This document shows positions 1 through 10,027 of a stretch of 64,000 nucleotides of DNA, one piece after another. The notes under the pieces are model-generated. The model was not told the DNA's origin. It worked only from the letters and a program-made list of their open reading frames with translations, and made no database searches. The translations under genes were made by a program, and so were the position numbers. How positions within the stretch are numbered: position 1 is the stretch's first letter; every line of letters begins with the position of its first letter. The DNA is from Candidatus Aminicenantes bacterium (GTDB lineage: Bacteria; Acidobacteriota; Aminicenantia; Aminicenantales; UBA8522), in assembly GCA_963726335.1 (NCBI GenBank), contig CAVSCD010000011.1:787449-851448 (forward strand). Reading direction: 5' to 3'.

Positions 1-1
1 C

Positions 2-634
2 TTCCTCGACCTTCACTTCCTCGTCGCCGACGCTTCCGGCAAAACGGCCGTCGTCGAGTTCGCCGGCGGCCGGATGGTCCCGTATACCGGAAGCCGGCTG
101 CCCGTCCGCGCCCTGGCGGAGGAGAGCTACGAAAAATCGTGCCGCCGCCTGGAAGCGCTCCGGGGACCCGGCGGCCGGGGGCCGGCCGCAAGCGGCTCGG
201 ACCCGGATGATAAGTTCATCCGGACCGCCGCCCTCCTCCAGGACTTCGTCTGGCCGGTCCAAGGTGCACTTTCGGACCACGCCTTCACGATATTAAGATC
301 CGTCGAGCGGCCGGACACCCGATGGAACATCGTCTACAACATCCCGCGCCGCATGGTCTTTTTCAAAACGACGGCTCACCGGCGGCTGAAGATGATCAGG
401 CTGGAGGCGTTCGATTTCTCCTGCGCCGCTCCTGTCATGATGCTGCCTGTCGATACCGAAGCGGACCGGGTTGTGAACGAGGCCTTCACGCCGTATGATC
501 CGCGGCAGAACCGGGCCCTGCTGGAGGCGGTCTTCAAGACCCTCGAGGACCCCGGTGCGGTCAAGGAAACGCTGCCGGCCGGGCTCATCCGGAAGATGGC
601 GGAATACCCCTCGACCTGTTCCTGCCTCGAATAG
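2..634 (+). CDS. Choloylglycine hydrolase / linear amide C-N hydrolase family protein (C-terminal part; 5' end outside window)
   Basis: Frame-2 translation from window start reads FLDLHFLVADASGKTAVVEFAGG..., the typical conserved core of the penicillin V acylase/choloylglycine hydrolase family; ORF continues to stop at 634. Confidence 0.55.
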   Translation, partial: FLDLHFLVADASGKTAVVEFAGGRMVPYTGSRLPVRALAEESYEKSCRRLEALRGPGGRGPAASGSDPDDKFIRTAALLQDFVWPVQGALSDHAFTILRSVERPDTRWNIVYNIPRRMVFFKTTAHRRLKMIRLEAFDFSCAAPVMMLPVDTEADRVVNEAFTPYDPRQNRALLEAVFKTLEDPGAVKETLPAGLIRKMAEYPSTCSCLE

Positions 635-695
635 GAAATCCCCCGGTTTGTATTCCGGCCGGATGAGGACGGACGTCCGCCGACAGCCGCCGGCG

Positions 696-2054
696 TCATG
701 AGTCGCGGTAGATAAGATACTTTTTCCGGCTCTCCCGGAATTTCCACTCGGCCGCCTCCACCCTCCGGACGAGCTCGTGGAAAGCGATCCCGCCGGCGAT
801 GAATCGCGATAGCGAGTCGTCGCCGAACATCCGGTCCAGGGCGGAGCTGGCGACGACGATCCTGTCGGGATAGAGGGTCTTGAGGACGTCGAAGAGCTCC
901 AGGGCGAACCGGAGGGACTGGAACCTGTCCGGTTCGGCGACGAAAAGGCGCAGGCCGCGGCAGTCCCGGTCCTTGTAGGGCGGGGTCAGGGTTTTCCCGG
1001 GCTGGGCGCGCGGCGTGTACGTGACGGGCTCCAGCCGGACCGGGAATTCGGTGAGTGTCGCCCAGGCGTTGAGGACCGCCTCGGGCTCCATCCACGGCGC
1101 GCCGAACTGGCGGAACGGCAGGTTCGTCCCCAGGCCCTGGTTGACTTTAACTCCGCCCAGAAGCCCCAGCCCCGGGTAGGCGAGGGCGGACTCGGGAGTG
1201 GGGATGTTCGGCGAGGGCGGGATCCACGGCAGTCCGGTGCCCGCCCAAGTCCGGCCTCTCGTCCAGTTGGCGGCCCGGATGACCCGGACGTCGGCGCCTC
1301 GCGCGACCCAGCCTTCCCCCTTCATCATCATGGCCAGCTCGCCCGCGGTCAGGCCGTAACGCGTCGGGATCGGCAGCGGGGAGATGAAGGACTCCAATTT
1401 CATATCCAGGATCGGGCCTTCGACGATCCGGCCGCCGAGCGGGTTCGGCCGGTCGAGGACGTAAACCGGCAGCCCGGCCCCGGCCGCCGCTTCGATCACG
1501 TATTTCAGCGTCGTGATGTAAGTGTAGAAGCGGGTGCCGATATCCTGGATGTCGTAAACGAGGGCATCGACGCCCTTGAGCTGCGCGGGCGTCGGCCTGG
1601 TCTGCCCTCCGTAAAGGCTGTAAACGGGGATGTTTTTCAGCTTGCCGTTGACAACCGACTCGCCGCCCTCGACGAGCCCGTCGAGCCCGTGCTCGGGCGC
1701 GAAGACGGCCGTGACTCTGCGGCCGTCGGCCAGCAACCTCTCCAGGAGCGACGGGCCGCCCGGCAGGACCGAGGTCTGGTTCATGACGAGCCCGAGCCTC
1801 TGGCCGCTGAGCTCCGCCGGGAAGGAAGCGCAGAAAACCTCGTTCCCGAGCTTAACGCGCTCCCCCTGGCCGGCCGCCCCGGGCCTTGCGACAGAACCGG
1901 ACAGGGACAGGCTCGCCAGGATCAGTAACAGCGTCGAAAGACCGGGCCGGCGGCCGCGCCGGAACCGGGCTGATCGTTCATCTCTCCCTCGACGAAAGAC
2001 GGTGGAGGGGAGGGTGATGGATAAATTCGGTGTACCGCGGGAGCGGCCGCTCAT
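696..2054 (-). CDS. DUF1343 family exo-beta-N-acetylmuramidase (NamZ-like), with N-terminal signal-like segment
   Basis: 452-aa ORF with DUF1343-type motifs (VYDIQDIGTRFYTYITTL, VLDRPNP); RR-containing N-terminus followed by hydrophobic LSTLLLILASLSLSG; ATG overlaps the stop of the upstream gene in an ATGA junction at 2051-2054. Confidence 0.65.
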   Translation of the reverse strand: MSGRSRGTPNLSITLPSTVFRRGRDERSARFRRGRRPGLSTLLLILASLSLSGSVARPGAAGQGERVKLGNEVFCASFPAELSGQRLGLVMNQTSVLPGGPSLLERLLADGRRVTAVFAPEHGLDGLVEGGESVVNGKLKNIPVYSLYGGQTRPTPAQLKGVDALVYDIQDIGTRFYTYITTLKYVIEAAAGAGLPVYVLDRPNPLGGRIVEGPILDMKLESFISPLPIPTRYGLTAGELAMMMKGEGWVARGADVRVIRAANWTRGRTWAGTGLPWIPPSPNIPTPESALAYPGLGLLGGVKVNQGLGTNLPFRQFGAPWMEPEAVLNAWATLTEFPVRLEPVTYTPRAQPGKTLTPPYKDRDCRGLRLFVAEPDRFQSLRFALELFDVLKTLYPDRIVVASSALDRMFGDDSLSRFIAGGIAFHELVRRVEAAEWKFRESRKKYLIYRDS

Positions 2055-4159
2055 GAGGCGCTTCGCGTGACGCCGCCGAGGTAACCGGCCAGTCCCTTGG
2101 ATTGGACGATGGCCAGGGCTTCCCCGTTCGTCAGACCGCGGCCCTCGCGGAGCGATTCGAGGATCCGGATGATGGACAGGGCCACCTCGGCGGTCTGCCC
2201 GGCGGTATCCTTCTTGCCCTTCAAGAAGGCGATGGCGTCGAAGAGAACGGCGTTAGCCTCTCCGTAGGAGATGGGCGTCCGGTGCCCCCGCTCCTTCACC
2301 CAGTCGGGCCGGGCCAGGACGTCGTTGACGTGGGACTGGATGAGGAAGGTGGCGCGGCCGATGAGCTTGAGGTTGCTCGGACTGACATTCGTCATCGTGT
2401 TCCCGATGACCTTGCCCAGGCGGGCCATCACGGCCGTCGAATGGGCGTTGAGGAGCATCTTGAGGCCCACCTGCTGCCGGATCCCGAAGGGGTCGCCTTC
2501 CGTCGACAGGCGCAACTGGATCAGAGGAGCGCCCTCGCCCGCGATCGCGGACACGCCCGGCGGCAGCGCGTCTTCGCCGGCCGCGATGACGGCGACCCGG
2601 GCGCCGTTCTTCCGGAAAAGTTCGGCGAACCGGCCTGCGGCCGAGTCCGGCTTCGCCGCTCCCGCGGCCTCCGGACCGGCAAGGACCACGACGCCCAAGT
2701 CAGCCTTTGAGGGGCCGCGGCTCTTGATGTTGCTTTGGGCAAATGAGAAATCATAAAGCGCTTGCTGATCGTCGCCGGCCTTCTTCAGGCTTTCGAGCGC
2801 CGCCGACCTCAGATAAGGATCTTCGATCTCGGTCTCGAACGGCGTTCGATAGATGTCCGCGGCGAGGCCGCGGAACGGCCGTCCCAGGAAGGCCCGCCAG
2901 GCCGACCGGGCGTCGGCCGCCGGCGTCCAGACTTGGATCCAGCACTTCCGCAGCGGCTCGGCCGTCGTGTCGAGAGGGAAGAGGCGGAAGGTCGGGCTGC
3001 GCTCGGTGCTGTCGATGAACACGGTGATGAGCGCTCGCTCGGCGAAGTAGGTCGAAAAATGCCCGGCGGCGTAAGTTTCGGCCTCGATCGCCGTCAGCCC
3101 GGCGAGCGCGGGCCCGCTCTTCTTGACCTCCTCGAGGATCGACGGAAAAGAGCCCAGCCGCGCCTCGACGGACGACGGCTCGCCGAACCCGGCCCGGCCC
3201 ATCTCTTTCTTCGATAAAGCCTTGGCGAGCACACGCTCGACGGCTGTTTCCATGGCGCTGGCGATGACGAAGGTCTCGATGGTCGTGGCCTGCATCCGGG
3301 TCGAGCCGGTGATCGCCTGCGGCCCCGTGGTCAGGTTGATCTTGGTGATGCCCGGCTCCTCGATAACGGCCCGGCTCCGGACGAACGGCAGGAGGCGGTC
3401 ATCGGGATTGTTGTAGATGAAGAACAGCCGGCGCCGCGTCTCGTCCGGGTCGTAGACGCCGCCGGACTTCCACTGGTCGAGGGCCGAAAGGACGGTCCCG
3501 ATGACCGACGAGGTCTCGCCGCCTTCGGTGACGCAGATGACGACGTCGCCGCGCTCGACTTTCCGGTCGGCGAGCTGGAGGCGGCCGATGAGCTGGAGGT
3601 CCTCGAACCCTTCGAGGGAGCTGATCAGGGCTCGGTCGCCCCCGGTCATTTCGCCGATCAGCTCTTCCTCGACGGCTGGGGAGACAATAGGCTGAAGCTT
3701 CTTCCAGAGCGAGGTGTCCGCCTTGATCCTCCGCCAGAACGGCCTCCAGAAAGCGCTTTCCATCTGCTTGGCCAGTCGCCCGGTGGCGCCGCAGCCGTAG
3801 ATGTAGATCGTCCTCCTGGCCAGGATGGCCTGCTCGATGGCCGAGACCAGCGTCTCGAGGGTCGCCGTGTCGGCGGCCAGCGTCTTCAGCCGGGCGGCGA
3901 TATCATCGTCCACCGTGAACAGCATCCGCAGGCCGTCCTCGGCGCTGTCCTGGACGCGCCCGCCCAGGTTCCAGGTCTTGGGGTGCCGCTGCTCGGTGAG
4001 GAGGGTGTGGAGCTGGAACTGGGTCTTGTCCGCGACGTAGTCGATGGATTCGGCGGAGGGCGTGAGTTCGAGGAGGCGGAGCAGGCCGGCCTGTCCCGCC
4101 GGCGCCTGTTCCTGCGGAACCTGCGCGCCGAACGCAAGTGCTCCCACAAGAACATACAT
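2051..4159 (-). CDS. Double SIS-domain protein of the MurQ (MurNAc-6-P etherase) / GCKR family
   Basis: 702-aa ORF; C-terminal LLNAHSTAVMARLGKVIGNTMTNVSPSNLKLIGRA matches the conserved MurQ/GCKR tail; SIS-like G-rich loop IYIYGCGATGRLA; translationally coupled to NamZ-like gene. Confidence 0.55.
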   Translation of the reverse strand: MYVLVGALAFGAQVPQEQAPAGQAGLLRLLELTPSAESIDYVADKTQFQLHTLLTEQRHPKTWNLGGRVQDSAEDGLRMLFTVDDDIAARLKTLAADTATLETLVSAIEQAILARRTIYIYGCGATGRLAKQMESAFWRPFWRRIKADTSLWKKLQPIVSPAVEEELIGEMTGGDRALISSLEGFEDLQLIGRLQLADRKVERGDVVICVTEGGETSSVIGTVLSALDQWKSGGVYDPDETRRRLFFIYNNPDDRLLPFVRSRAVIEEPGITKINLTTGPQAITGSTRMQATTIETFVIASAMETAVERVLAKALSKKEMGRAGFGEPSSVEARLGSFPSILEEVKKSGPALAGLTAIEAETYAAGHFSTYFAERALITVFIDSTERSPTFRLFPLDTTAEPLRKCWIQVWTPAADARSAWRAFLGRPFRGLAADIYRTPFETEIEDPYLRSAALESLKKAGDDQQALYDFSFAQSNIKSRGPSKADLGVVVLAGPEAAGAAKPDSAAGRFAELFRKNGARVAVIAAGEDALPPGVSAIAGEGAPLIQLRLSTEGDPFGIRQQVGLKMLLNAHSTAVMARLGKVIGNTMTNVSPSNLKLIGRATFLIQSHVNDVLARPDWVKERGHRTPISYGEANAVLFDAIAFLKGKKDTAGQTAEVALSIIRILESLREGRGLTNGEALAIVQSKGLAGYLGGVTRSAS

Positions 4160-4193
4160 ATAGAATAAGGAGACTGATCAAACGGCCGGTCGC

Positions 4194-4385
4194 GGCATCT
4201 CTTTTTAGGCGATGGCTTGAGTTCAGGGAGGGGGTGGCGCGGCGAGGGGGCCCCCCGCCGAACCGAACGTTTGATGATGCGTGAATTTCAGCGAGAGATG
4301 AGCCAGTTGGGCCGTTCGGGGCGCCGGGGGAGCGCCGTGACAGGACCCCATCCGCAAGTGTCTTGATCGCATAAAAAGAGATGCC
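4194..4385. repeat. Inverted repeat pair (GGCATCTCTTTTTA ... TAAAAAGAGATGCC, 17/18 with extension) bracketing the intergenic region
   Basis: Perfect 14-nt inverted repeat at 4194-4207 and 4372-4385 enclosing about 165 nt of GC-rich non-coding sequence. Confidence 0.5.
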
Positions 4386-4411
4386 TATCAATGCGGATTC
4401 CATGTTGCGTC

Positions 4412-4930
4412 TTATCCGTATTGATGTGTGTCGTCCAGGATGTCGCCCTTGGCCCAGTCCCTGGCCCACTTTTCGACGCTGAACCCCTTCTTCCCGCCGG
4501 TCCGGGTCGAGCAGACGACGCGGTCGAGGCCGGCGTTGATGATCATCTTCTTGCAGATGAAACAGGGAAAGGCGTCGATCGGGTTCTCTTCGCCGAAAAC
4601 GGTCCCATAGATATAGATGTTCCCGCCGAGCAGGCTGACCCCGGCGCGGGCGGCGTTGATGATCGCGTTCTGTTCGGCGTGGACGCTCCGGCAGAGCTCG
4701 TAGCGCTGGCCGTGGGGGATGTCCAGCCGGTCGCGCAGGCAGAACCCGTGCTCGAAGCTGTCCCGGGTCTTCCGCGGCGCCCCGACATAGCCGGTGGAGA
4801 TGATCTGATCGTCCCGGACGATGAGCGCGCCGATCGAGCGCCGCCAGCAGGTGCTCCGCCGGGCGACTTCCTTGGCGATGCCCAGGTAATATTGGTCCTT
4901 GGAGATCCGCTTGGTCTTCAGAGCAGGCAT
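4412..4930 (-). CDS. Deoxycytidylate (dCMP) deaminase, ComEB-like
   Basis: Zinc-binding cytidine/deoxycytidylate deaminase motifs HAEQNAI and PCFICKKMI; start taken at internal ATG (MPALKTK) of the longer ORF. Confidence 0.8.
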   Translation of the reverse strand: MPALKTKRISKDQYYLGIAKEVARRSTCWRRSIGALIVRDDQIISTGYVGAPRKTRDSFEHGFCLRDRLDIPHGQRYELCRSVHAEQNAIINAARAGVSLLGGNIYIYGTVFGEENPIDAFPCFICKKMIINAGLDRVVCSTRTGGKKGFSVEKWARDWAKGDILDDTHQYG

Positions 4931-5583
4931 TGGTCCACCCTCCTTCTGAGCTCGGCCAGCGTGCCGTCGTTGATGATCGTCACGTCCGCCGACTCGAGGC
5001 ACCGCAGGAGCTGCTGCCCGGCGCGGCCGCCGGCGAGTTCCAGCCGCTCCTTGGCGATGAACTCCTCGAGCGTCGAGGCCGACTCCTGCCGGCCCCGTCT
5101 CTCCGCCCGCTTGAACCTGATCTCGACCGGTGCGTCGACGGCGGCGAGGATAAAACCCGGCCGCGTCTTCAAGTAGGCGACTTCGCGGCCGTTCCGGATG
5201 CTGTCGATGACGGCCATCCCCCGGACCTTCTTCAGCACCCGCCTGGCCAGGATGTCGGCGCCGTACCGACGCCGCAGGGCGTTGCCCGCGGCGATCAGGT
5301 TGTCGCGGCTGGCGGCGAGCCCTCGCTTCCGGAGATGCTCCCGGATGACGTCGGACAGGGAGAAGACTTCGTACCCCTTGGTCTCGAGATACCGGGCGAC
5401 TTCACCCTTGCCGGCGGCGTTCGTGCCGGTCAGGCCGATCAGGCGGTAGCGAAGATGTTTGGCGGGCCGACCGCCGGGCAGGCGCCGGTCCGGTGCCGGC
5501 TGGTCGCGTCTTTCCGGGTGCTCCCATGCTCCTCGGCTTTCGGTTTCTTCGTCAACCGGCCGGGCCCTCTGAGGCCTCCGCAT
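4918..5583 (-). CDS. P-loop nucleotide kinase-like protein (dephospho-CoA kinase / nucleoside monophosphate kinase fold); start uncertain
   Basis: Walker A-like LIGLTGTNAAGKGEV followed by kinase-like core; N-terminal 40 aa low complexity and overlaps tatC, so real start probably downstream of 5583. Confidence 0.4.
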   Translation of the reverse strand: MRRPQRARPVDEETESRGAWEHPERRDQPAPDRRLPGGRPAKHLRYRLIGLTGTNAAGKGEVARYLETKGYEVFSLSDVIREHLRKRGLAASRDNLIAAGNALRRRYGADILARRVLKKVRGMAVIDSIRNGREVAYLKTRPGFILAAVDAPVEIRFKRAERRGRQESASTLEEFIAKERLELAGGRAGQQLLRCLESADVTIINDGTLAELRRRVDQCLL

Positions 5584-6349
5584 CCTTCGCCGCGGCCTTC
5601 TTTTCCTTGCGCGCCGTTTTCTCCTTGCCGAAGAAGAAGGCGATCAGGATGCCCAGCCCGTAGAGGGCCAGCATGGGCACGGCCAGGATGCTCTGGGTGA
5701 CCATGTCGGGAGTCGGCGTGATCACGGCCGCGATGACGAAAACGCCCAGCACGGCATACTTGAAGTTCTTGACCATCCACCGTGAGGTGATCAGGCCGAT
5801 CTTGGACAGGAAAAAGACGAGCGTCGGCATCTCGAAGACAAGCGCGATCCCCAGCAGGAGCTTGAGGGAAAAGCCGAAATACTGGTTGACGGTGATGACC
5901 GGGTCGAAATCCGAGCCCATCTGCAGGAAGAAGCGGCAGGCCCAGGGGAACATCACCAGGAACCCGAAGGCGGCGCCCATCAGGAAGAAAACTGTCGTGA
6001 AGAGCACGAACGGCACGACGTACTTCTTCTCCTTCTGGTAGAGCCCCGGGGCGATGAAGTACCAGAGCTGGAGGAAGATCCAGGGCGAGGTGATGAAGAT
6101 CGCCGCCAGGAACGAGACTTTCATGTAGAGCATGAACGGGTCGGTCAGGCCCGTGTAGGCCATCTTGACCCCCTCGGGGAGGAACTGGGTGACGGGCTTC
6201 GACAGCACCTCGAAGATCTGCTTGCTGAAGAACCAGGCGGGAATGAGAACGATAAAGATGGCGACGAACGAATAGAACAGACGCTTCCGGAGGTCTTCCA
6301 GATGCTCGAGGAAGGTCATCTCGTCGGGAGATTTACTGGCCTTCCCCAT
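5552..6349 (-). CDS. tatC: Twin-arginine translocase subunit TatC
   Basis: 265-aa polytopic membrane protein with TatC signature ([12 protein letters not shown], six TM segments). Confidence 0.9.
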   Translation of the reverse strand: MGKASKSPDEMTFLEHLEDLRKRLFYSFVAIFIVLIPAWFFSKQIFEVLSKPVTQFLPEGVKMAYTGLTDPFMLYMKVSFLAAIFITSPWIFLQLWYFIAPGLYQKEKKYVVPFVLFTTVFFLMGAAFGFLVMFPWACRFFLQMGSDFDPVITVNQYFGFSLKLLLGIALVFEMPTLVFFLSKIGLITSRWMVKNFKYAVLGVFVIAAVITPTPDMVTQSILAVPMLALYGLGILIAFFFGKEKTARKEKKAAAKDAEASEGPAG

Positions 6350-6653
6350 TCTTCTTGACCTCGCTTTCCCCCGCCGCGTCCCGGGGAGTCTCCGGGGCGG
6401 AGCTCTCCAGATCGAGGCCGAAATCCTTTTTATCCAGGCTGAGGTCCTTTTTCAGGTCCTCTTTAATGTCCTTGAACTCGCTGACGCGGATCTCCTCCTC
6501 GATCCGGCCCTTGATCTCGTCCGAGGTCCGCCGGAACTCGCGCACCGCCTTGCCGATGGTCTTCCCGACCTCGGGCAGCTTCTTCGGGCCGAAGACGAGC
6601 AGGGCGATGACCAGGATGAACAGGAGCTCCGGAAACCCGATATTTCCAAACAT
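6333..6653 (-). CDS. tatA: Twin-arginine translocase TatA/TatB family protein
   Basis: N-terminal [40 protein letters not shown], the canonical TatA/E/B hinge and amphipathic helix; overlaps tatC. Confidence 0.85.
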   Translation of the reverse strand: MFGNIGFPELLFILVIALLVFGPKKLPEVGKTIGKAVREFRRTSDEIKGRIEEEIRVSEFKDIKEDLKKDLSLDKKDFGLDLESSAPETPRDAAGESEVKKNGEGQ

Positions 6654-6787
6654 TTTATTACTTTATGGACTATAGCCCCTCTCCGGGGTTTAGTCAAGAA
6701 AACGGCAGGCCCGGCGCCCCGCGGCCCGGACCCCTAACGGCTTTACAACATCGGGGGGGTCTGTTAAGATGAGGCCTCTGAAAACGC

Positions 6788-8362
6788 ATGAAAAAGAACG
6801 TCGCGCTGGCGGCCCTGGTTGTCCTTCTCCTGGCCAACCTCCTGGCGAGGGACAAGGACCTCTGGAGCCAGGAAGTGGACAAATTCTCCTCCATCCTCGG
6901 CCTGATCGATAAAACCTATTACCGGGACGTGGAGCCCGAGAAGCTCGTCTACGCCTCGATCCGGGGCATGCTCGACACCCTCGACCCACACTCCTATTTC
7001 CTCGACCCGGACAGCTTCTCCCGGATGCGCGAGGAATACACCGGAAAATATTACGGGTTGGGCATTCAGATCCAGAAGCAGGACGATAACCTGGTCGTCG
7101 TCTCCCCGATCGAGGGCACGCCCGCCCACCGGCTGGGGATCCAGCCCGGCGACATCATCTCGACGATCAACGGCGAGAGCACCAAGCCGCTGTCGAGCTT
7201 CGAGGCCATGCACAAGCTGCGCGGTCCCAAGGGGGCCAAGGTCACCATCACCATCGTGAGGGAGGGACTGGACGCGCCGTTCGAGCTGACCATCGAGCGC
7301 GAGGAGATTCCCCTCCGCAGCGTCCCCTACGCCTTCCTGCTCAACAACGACACCGGTTACATCTTCATCCGGAATTTCGCCGAAACCACCACCCAGGAGT
7401 TCGAGGAAAAGATGAAGGCCCTGACGGCCCAGGGGCTGAAGAGCCTGATCCTCGACCTTCGCGGGAACACCGGCGGGACCTTCTTCCAATCCATCGACCT
7501 GTCCGACGAATTCCTGCCGTCCGGCTCGGTCATCGTTTCGATCAAGGGCCGGAACAGGATCTACAACCGGGAATACCGCGCCGACGACAATGACGAATAC
7601 GAAGACATACCCCTGGTGATCCTGATCAACAGGGGAAGCGCCAGCGCCTCCGAGATCGTCGCCGGGGCGGTCATGGACAACGACCGCGGCTACATCGTCG
7701 GCGAGGATTCCTGGGGAAAGGGGCTTGTCCAGACAGTCTTCCCGCTGGGCGATAACCTGGCTGTCGCCTTGACCACGGCCAAGTACTTCACCCCGAGCGG
7801 CCGGTCGATCCAGCGGGATTACGAGCACATCGAGGATTACCTGCTTCACAAGCAGGCGCCGGAGGACCAGCGCGAGGTCAGGTACACCGTGAGCGGCCGC
7901 AAGGTGCTCGGCCAGGGGGGGATCTCGCCGGACTTCGAGGTTTCGCAGACGCTCTCCGCGGTCTGGACGGAGCTGATGATCAAGGGCGCCTTCTTCGGCT
8001 ACGCGCGGCGGTTCGCCGCCCACCAGACGCCGTTGTCCAAGACCCTCGTCTTTCCCAAAGAGGAAGTCGCGAACGGAACGGCGCCCGGGAAGTCCGCGGT
8101 GACCAAGGATTTCGTTGTCGACGACGCGGTCATCGCCGATTTCAAGGACTATCTTCAGGCGAACAAGATCACCATCGAAGAGGACAAGTTCACGGCTGCC
8201 CGGGACGAGATCCGCCGGGAGCTCCAGCGCAGCGTCATTTCCATTCTCTGGAGCTATGAAGAGGGCGTCAAGGTGTTCAGCAAAATGGACCCGGCCGTCC
8301 TCAAGGCCCTCGAGATCATGCCCGAGGCCGCCAAGTTCGTCACCAAAGCGCCGGCTCCCTGA
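6788..8362 (+). CDS. ctpA: Carboxyl-terminal processing protease (S41 family, Ctp)
   Basis: Signal peptide, PDZ domain (GIQPGDIISTINGEST) and S41 catalytic core (LILDLRGNTGG...LINRGSASASEI). Confidence 0.9.
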   Translation: MKKNVALAALVVLLLANLLARDKDLWSQEVDKFSSILGLIDKTYYRDVEPEKLVYASIRGMLDTLDPHSYFLDPDSFSRMREEYTGKYYGLGIQIQKQDDNLVVVSPIEGTPAHRLGIQPGDIISTINGESTKPLSSFEAMHKLRGPKGAKVTITIVREGLDAPFELTIEREEIPLRSVPYAFLLNNDTGYIFIRNFAETTTQEFEEKMKALTAQGLKSLILDLRGNTGGTFFQSIDLSDEFLPSGSVIVSIKGRNRIYNREYRADDNDEYEDIPLVILINRGSASASEIVAGAVMDNDRGYIVGEDSWGKGLVQTVFPLGDNLAVALTTAKYFTPSGRSIQRDYEHIEDYLLHKQAPEDQREVRYTVSGRKVLGQGGISPDFEVSQTLSAVWTELMIKGAFFGYARRFAAHQTPLSKTLVFPKEEVANGTAPGKSAVTKDFVVDDAVIADFKDYLQANKITIEEDKFTAARDEIRRELQRSVISILWSYEEGVKVFSKMDPAVLKALEIMPEAAKFVTKAPAP

Positions 8363-8580
8363 GACGGGGAGGCGCTGTTCGTTTTCCGGAAGGCCGTCGA
8401 CGGAGGGAACCGGAATGAAACTCGCCCTGGCATCCGATCACGCCGGATTCGAGCTCGGGTCGGCCATCGTCCGGGCTGGGCTCGAAGCGCCGTTCGAAGG
8501 CGGCCGCCCCGAGCGCCGGGTGGGCAAGATCGCCGCCCCGGAAAACGAGAATTTCAAAAACAATAAGAGGAGAACAGGCC

Positions 8581-10011
8581 ATGTCCCCACTGAGCGATAA
8601 GGTCCGGTCCCTGACGGAGCGCATCGAACGGAACAGCCGCTGGCGGCAGGCGGAATGCTTCAACCTCATCCCCTCCGAGACGACGCCCTCTCTCCTGGTC
8701 AAGATGTGCGAGCTGGCCGACCCGTCCGGACGCTACGCCGAACACCGCGCGATGAAAGGGGAGGAGGTCTATTTTTACCAGGGCACCGATTTCATCCGGG
8801 ACGTCGAGTCCGAGACCCGGAAGGAGCTGGGCGGCTATTTCGGCTGCACGGATGTCGAGCTCCGCCCGATCAGCGGCCAGATGGCCAACGAGGTCGTCTT
8901 CAAAGGCATGGTCAAATTCATCAACCGCGCCCGCGCCGAGGGACAGCCCGGCCGCAGGCTGCGGCTGGTCATGAACAACGATCTGAACATGGGCGGGCAC
9001 CTCAGCTCGCAGCCGATGGGCGCCCTGTTCAATTTCGTGGCCGAGGACCCCAAGACGGGCAAGGAAAGCGTCCTCCACCTCCCCGGCCTGGCCGATAATC
9101 CCTACAGGCCGGACCTCGGGAAGCTGGGCGAGCTCCTGGAAGACGCCCGGCCGGAGCTCGTCGTCTTCGGCAAGAGCATGTTCATCTATCCCGAGCCGGT
9201 GGAGTTCGTCGCCAGGATCGTCAAGGCGTGGCCCCAGCCGCCCGTGCTCATGTACGACATGGCCCACGTCCTCGGACTCTACGGCGCTTTCCAGAAGCCC
9301 CTGGCCGAAGGCGCCGACCTCGTCACCGGGAGCACCCACAAGACGTTCTTCGGACCCCAGCGAGGCATCATCGCCGGGAGCTTCCCCGCGGGCAGCCCGC
9401 TTCGGAACCTCTGGCTGGACATCAAGGGGCGCGCCTTCCCGGGCTCGACAAGCAACCATCATCTGGCGACGCTCGTCGGCCTGCTTCTCGCGACATACGA
9501 GATGAACGAGTTCCGCGACGCCTATCAGGCCCAGGTCCGGGCCAACGCCAAGGCCTTCGCCCGGAGCCTCAAGGCGCAGGGGATCCAGGTCGAAGGGGAC
9601 GAGCGGGACGGTTTCACGGAAACCCACCAGGTGCTCATCCGGGTGAAGATGCACGGTTCGGGACAGGCTATCGCCCGCCGCCTCGAGGAGAACAACATCA
9701 TCGTTAATTACCAGGCCCTGCCCGACGACGAAACCTTCCTGGAATCGAGCGGCGTCCGTCTGGGCGTCCAGGAGATGACCCGGTTCGGGATGACGGAGAA
9801 GGATTTCGAAGTCCTGGCCGGTTACCTGGCCGATGTCGTCATCCGGAACACGAGCGCCAAAGACCAGGTCGCCAAGTACCGCCGCGGGTTTATGGAGATG
9901 AAGTACTGCCTGCCGCCGTCGGAGGCGGTGCCGCTCGCGGCGAAGATCCTGAAGAGCGTCTTCCCCCGCCCGGGCCTGATCGACAGCCTGGCCGAGAACC
10001 TGTTGAAGTGA
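8581..10011 (+). CDS. Serine hydroxymethyltransferase-like PLP-dependent enzyme (divergent, 476 aa)
   Basis: SHMT-family motifs LIPSE and THKTFFGPQRGII (PLP-lysine region); longer and more divergent than canonical GlyA. Confidence 0.7.
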   Translation: MSPLSDKVRSLTERIERNSRWRQAECFNLIPSETTPSLLVKMCELADPSGRYAEHRAMKGEEVYFYQGTDFIRDVESETRKELGGYFGCTDVELRPISGQMANEVVFKGMVKFINRARAEGQPGRRLRLVMNNDLNMGGHLSSQPMGALFNFVAEDPKTGKESVLHLPGLADNPYRPDLGKLGELLEDARPELVVFGKSMFIYPEPVEFVARIVKAWPQPPVLMYDMAHVLGLYGAFQKPLAEGADLVTGSTHKTFFGPQRGIIAGSFPAGSPLRNLWLDIKGRAFPGSTSNHHLATLVGLLLATYEMNEFRDAYQAQVRANAKAFARSLKAQGIQVEGDERDGFTETHQVLIRVKMHGSGQAIARRLEENNIIVNYQALPDDETFLESSGVRLGVQEMTRFGMTEKDFEVLAGYLADVVIRNTSAKDQVAKYRRGFMEMKYCLPPSEAVPLAAKILKSVFPRPGLIDSLAENLLK

Positions 10012-10027
10012 ACCCGAGGAGACCCGG

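Noticed and set aside
6764-8023. 419-aa ORF antisense to the ctp gene
   Set aside because: R/G/D/P-rich low-complexity translation typical of high-GC antisense frames; fully overlaps a well-supported protease gene
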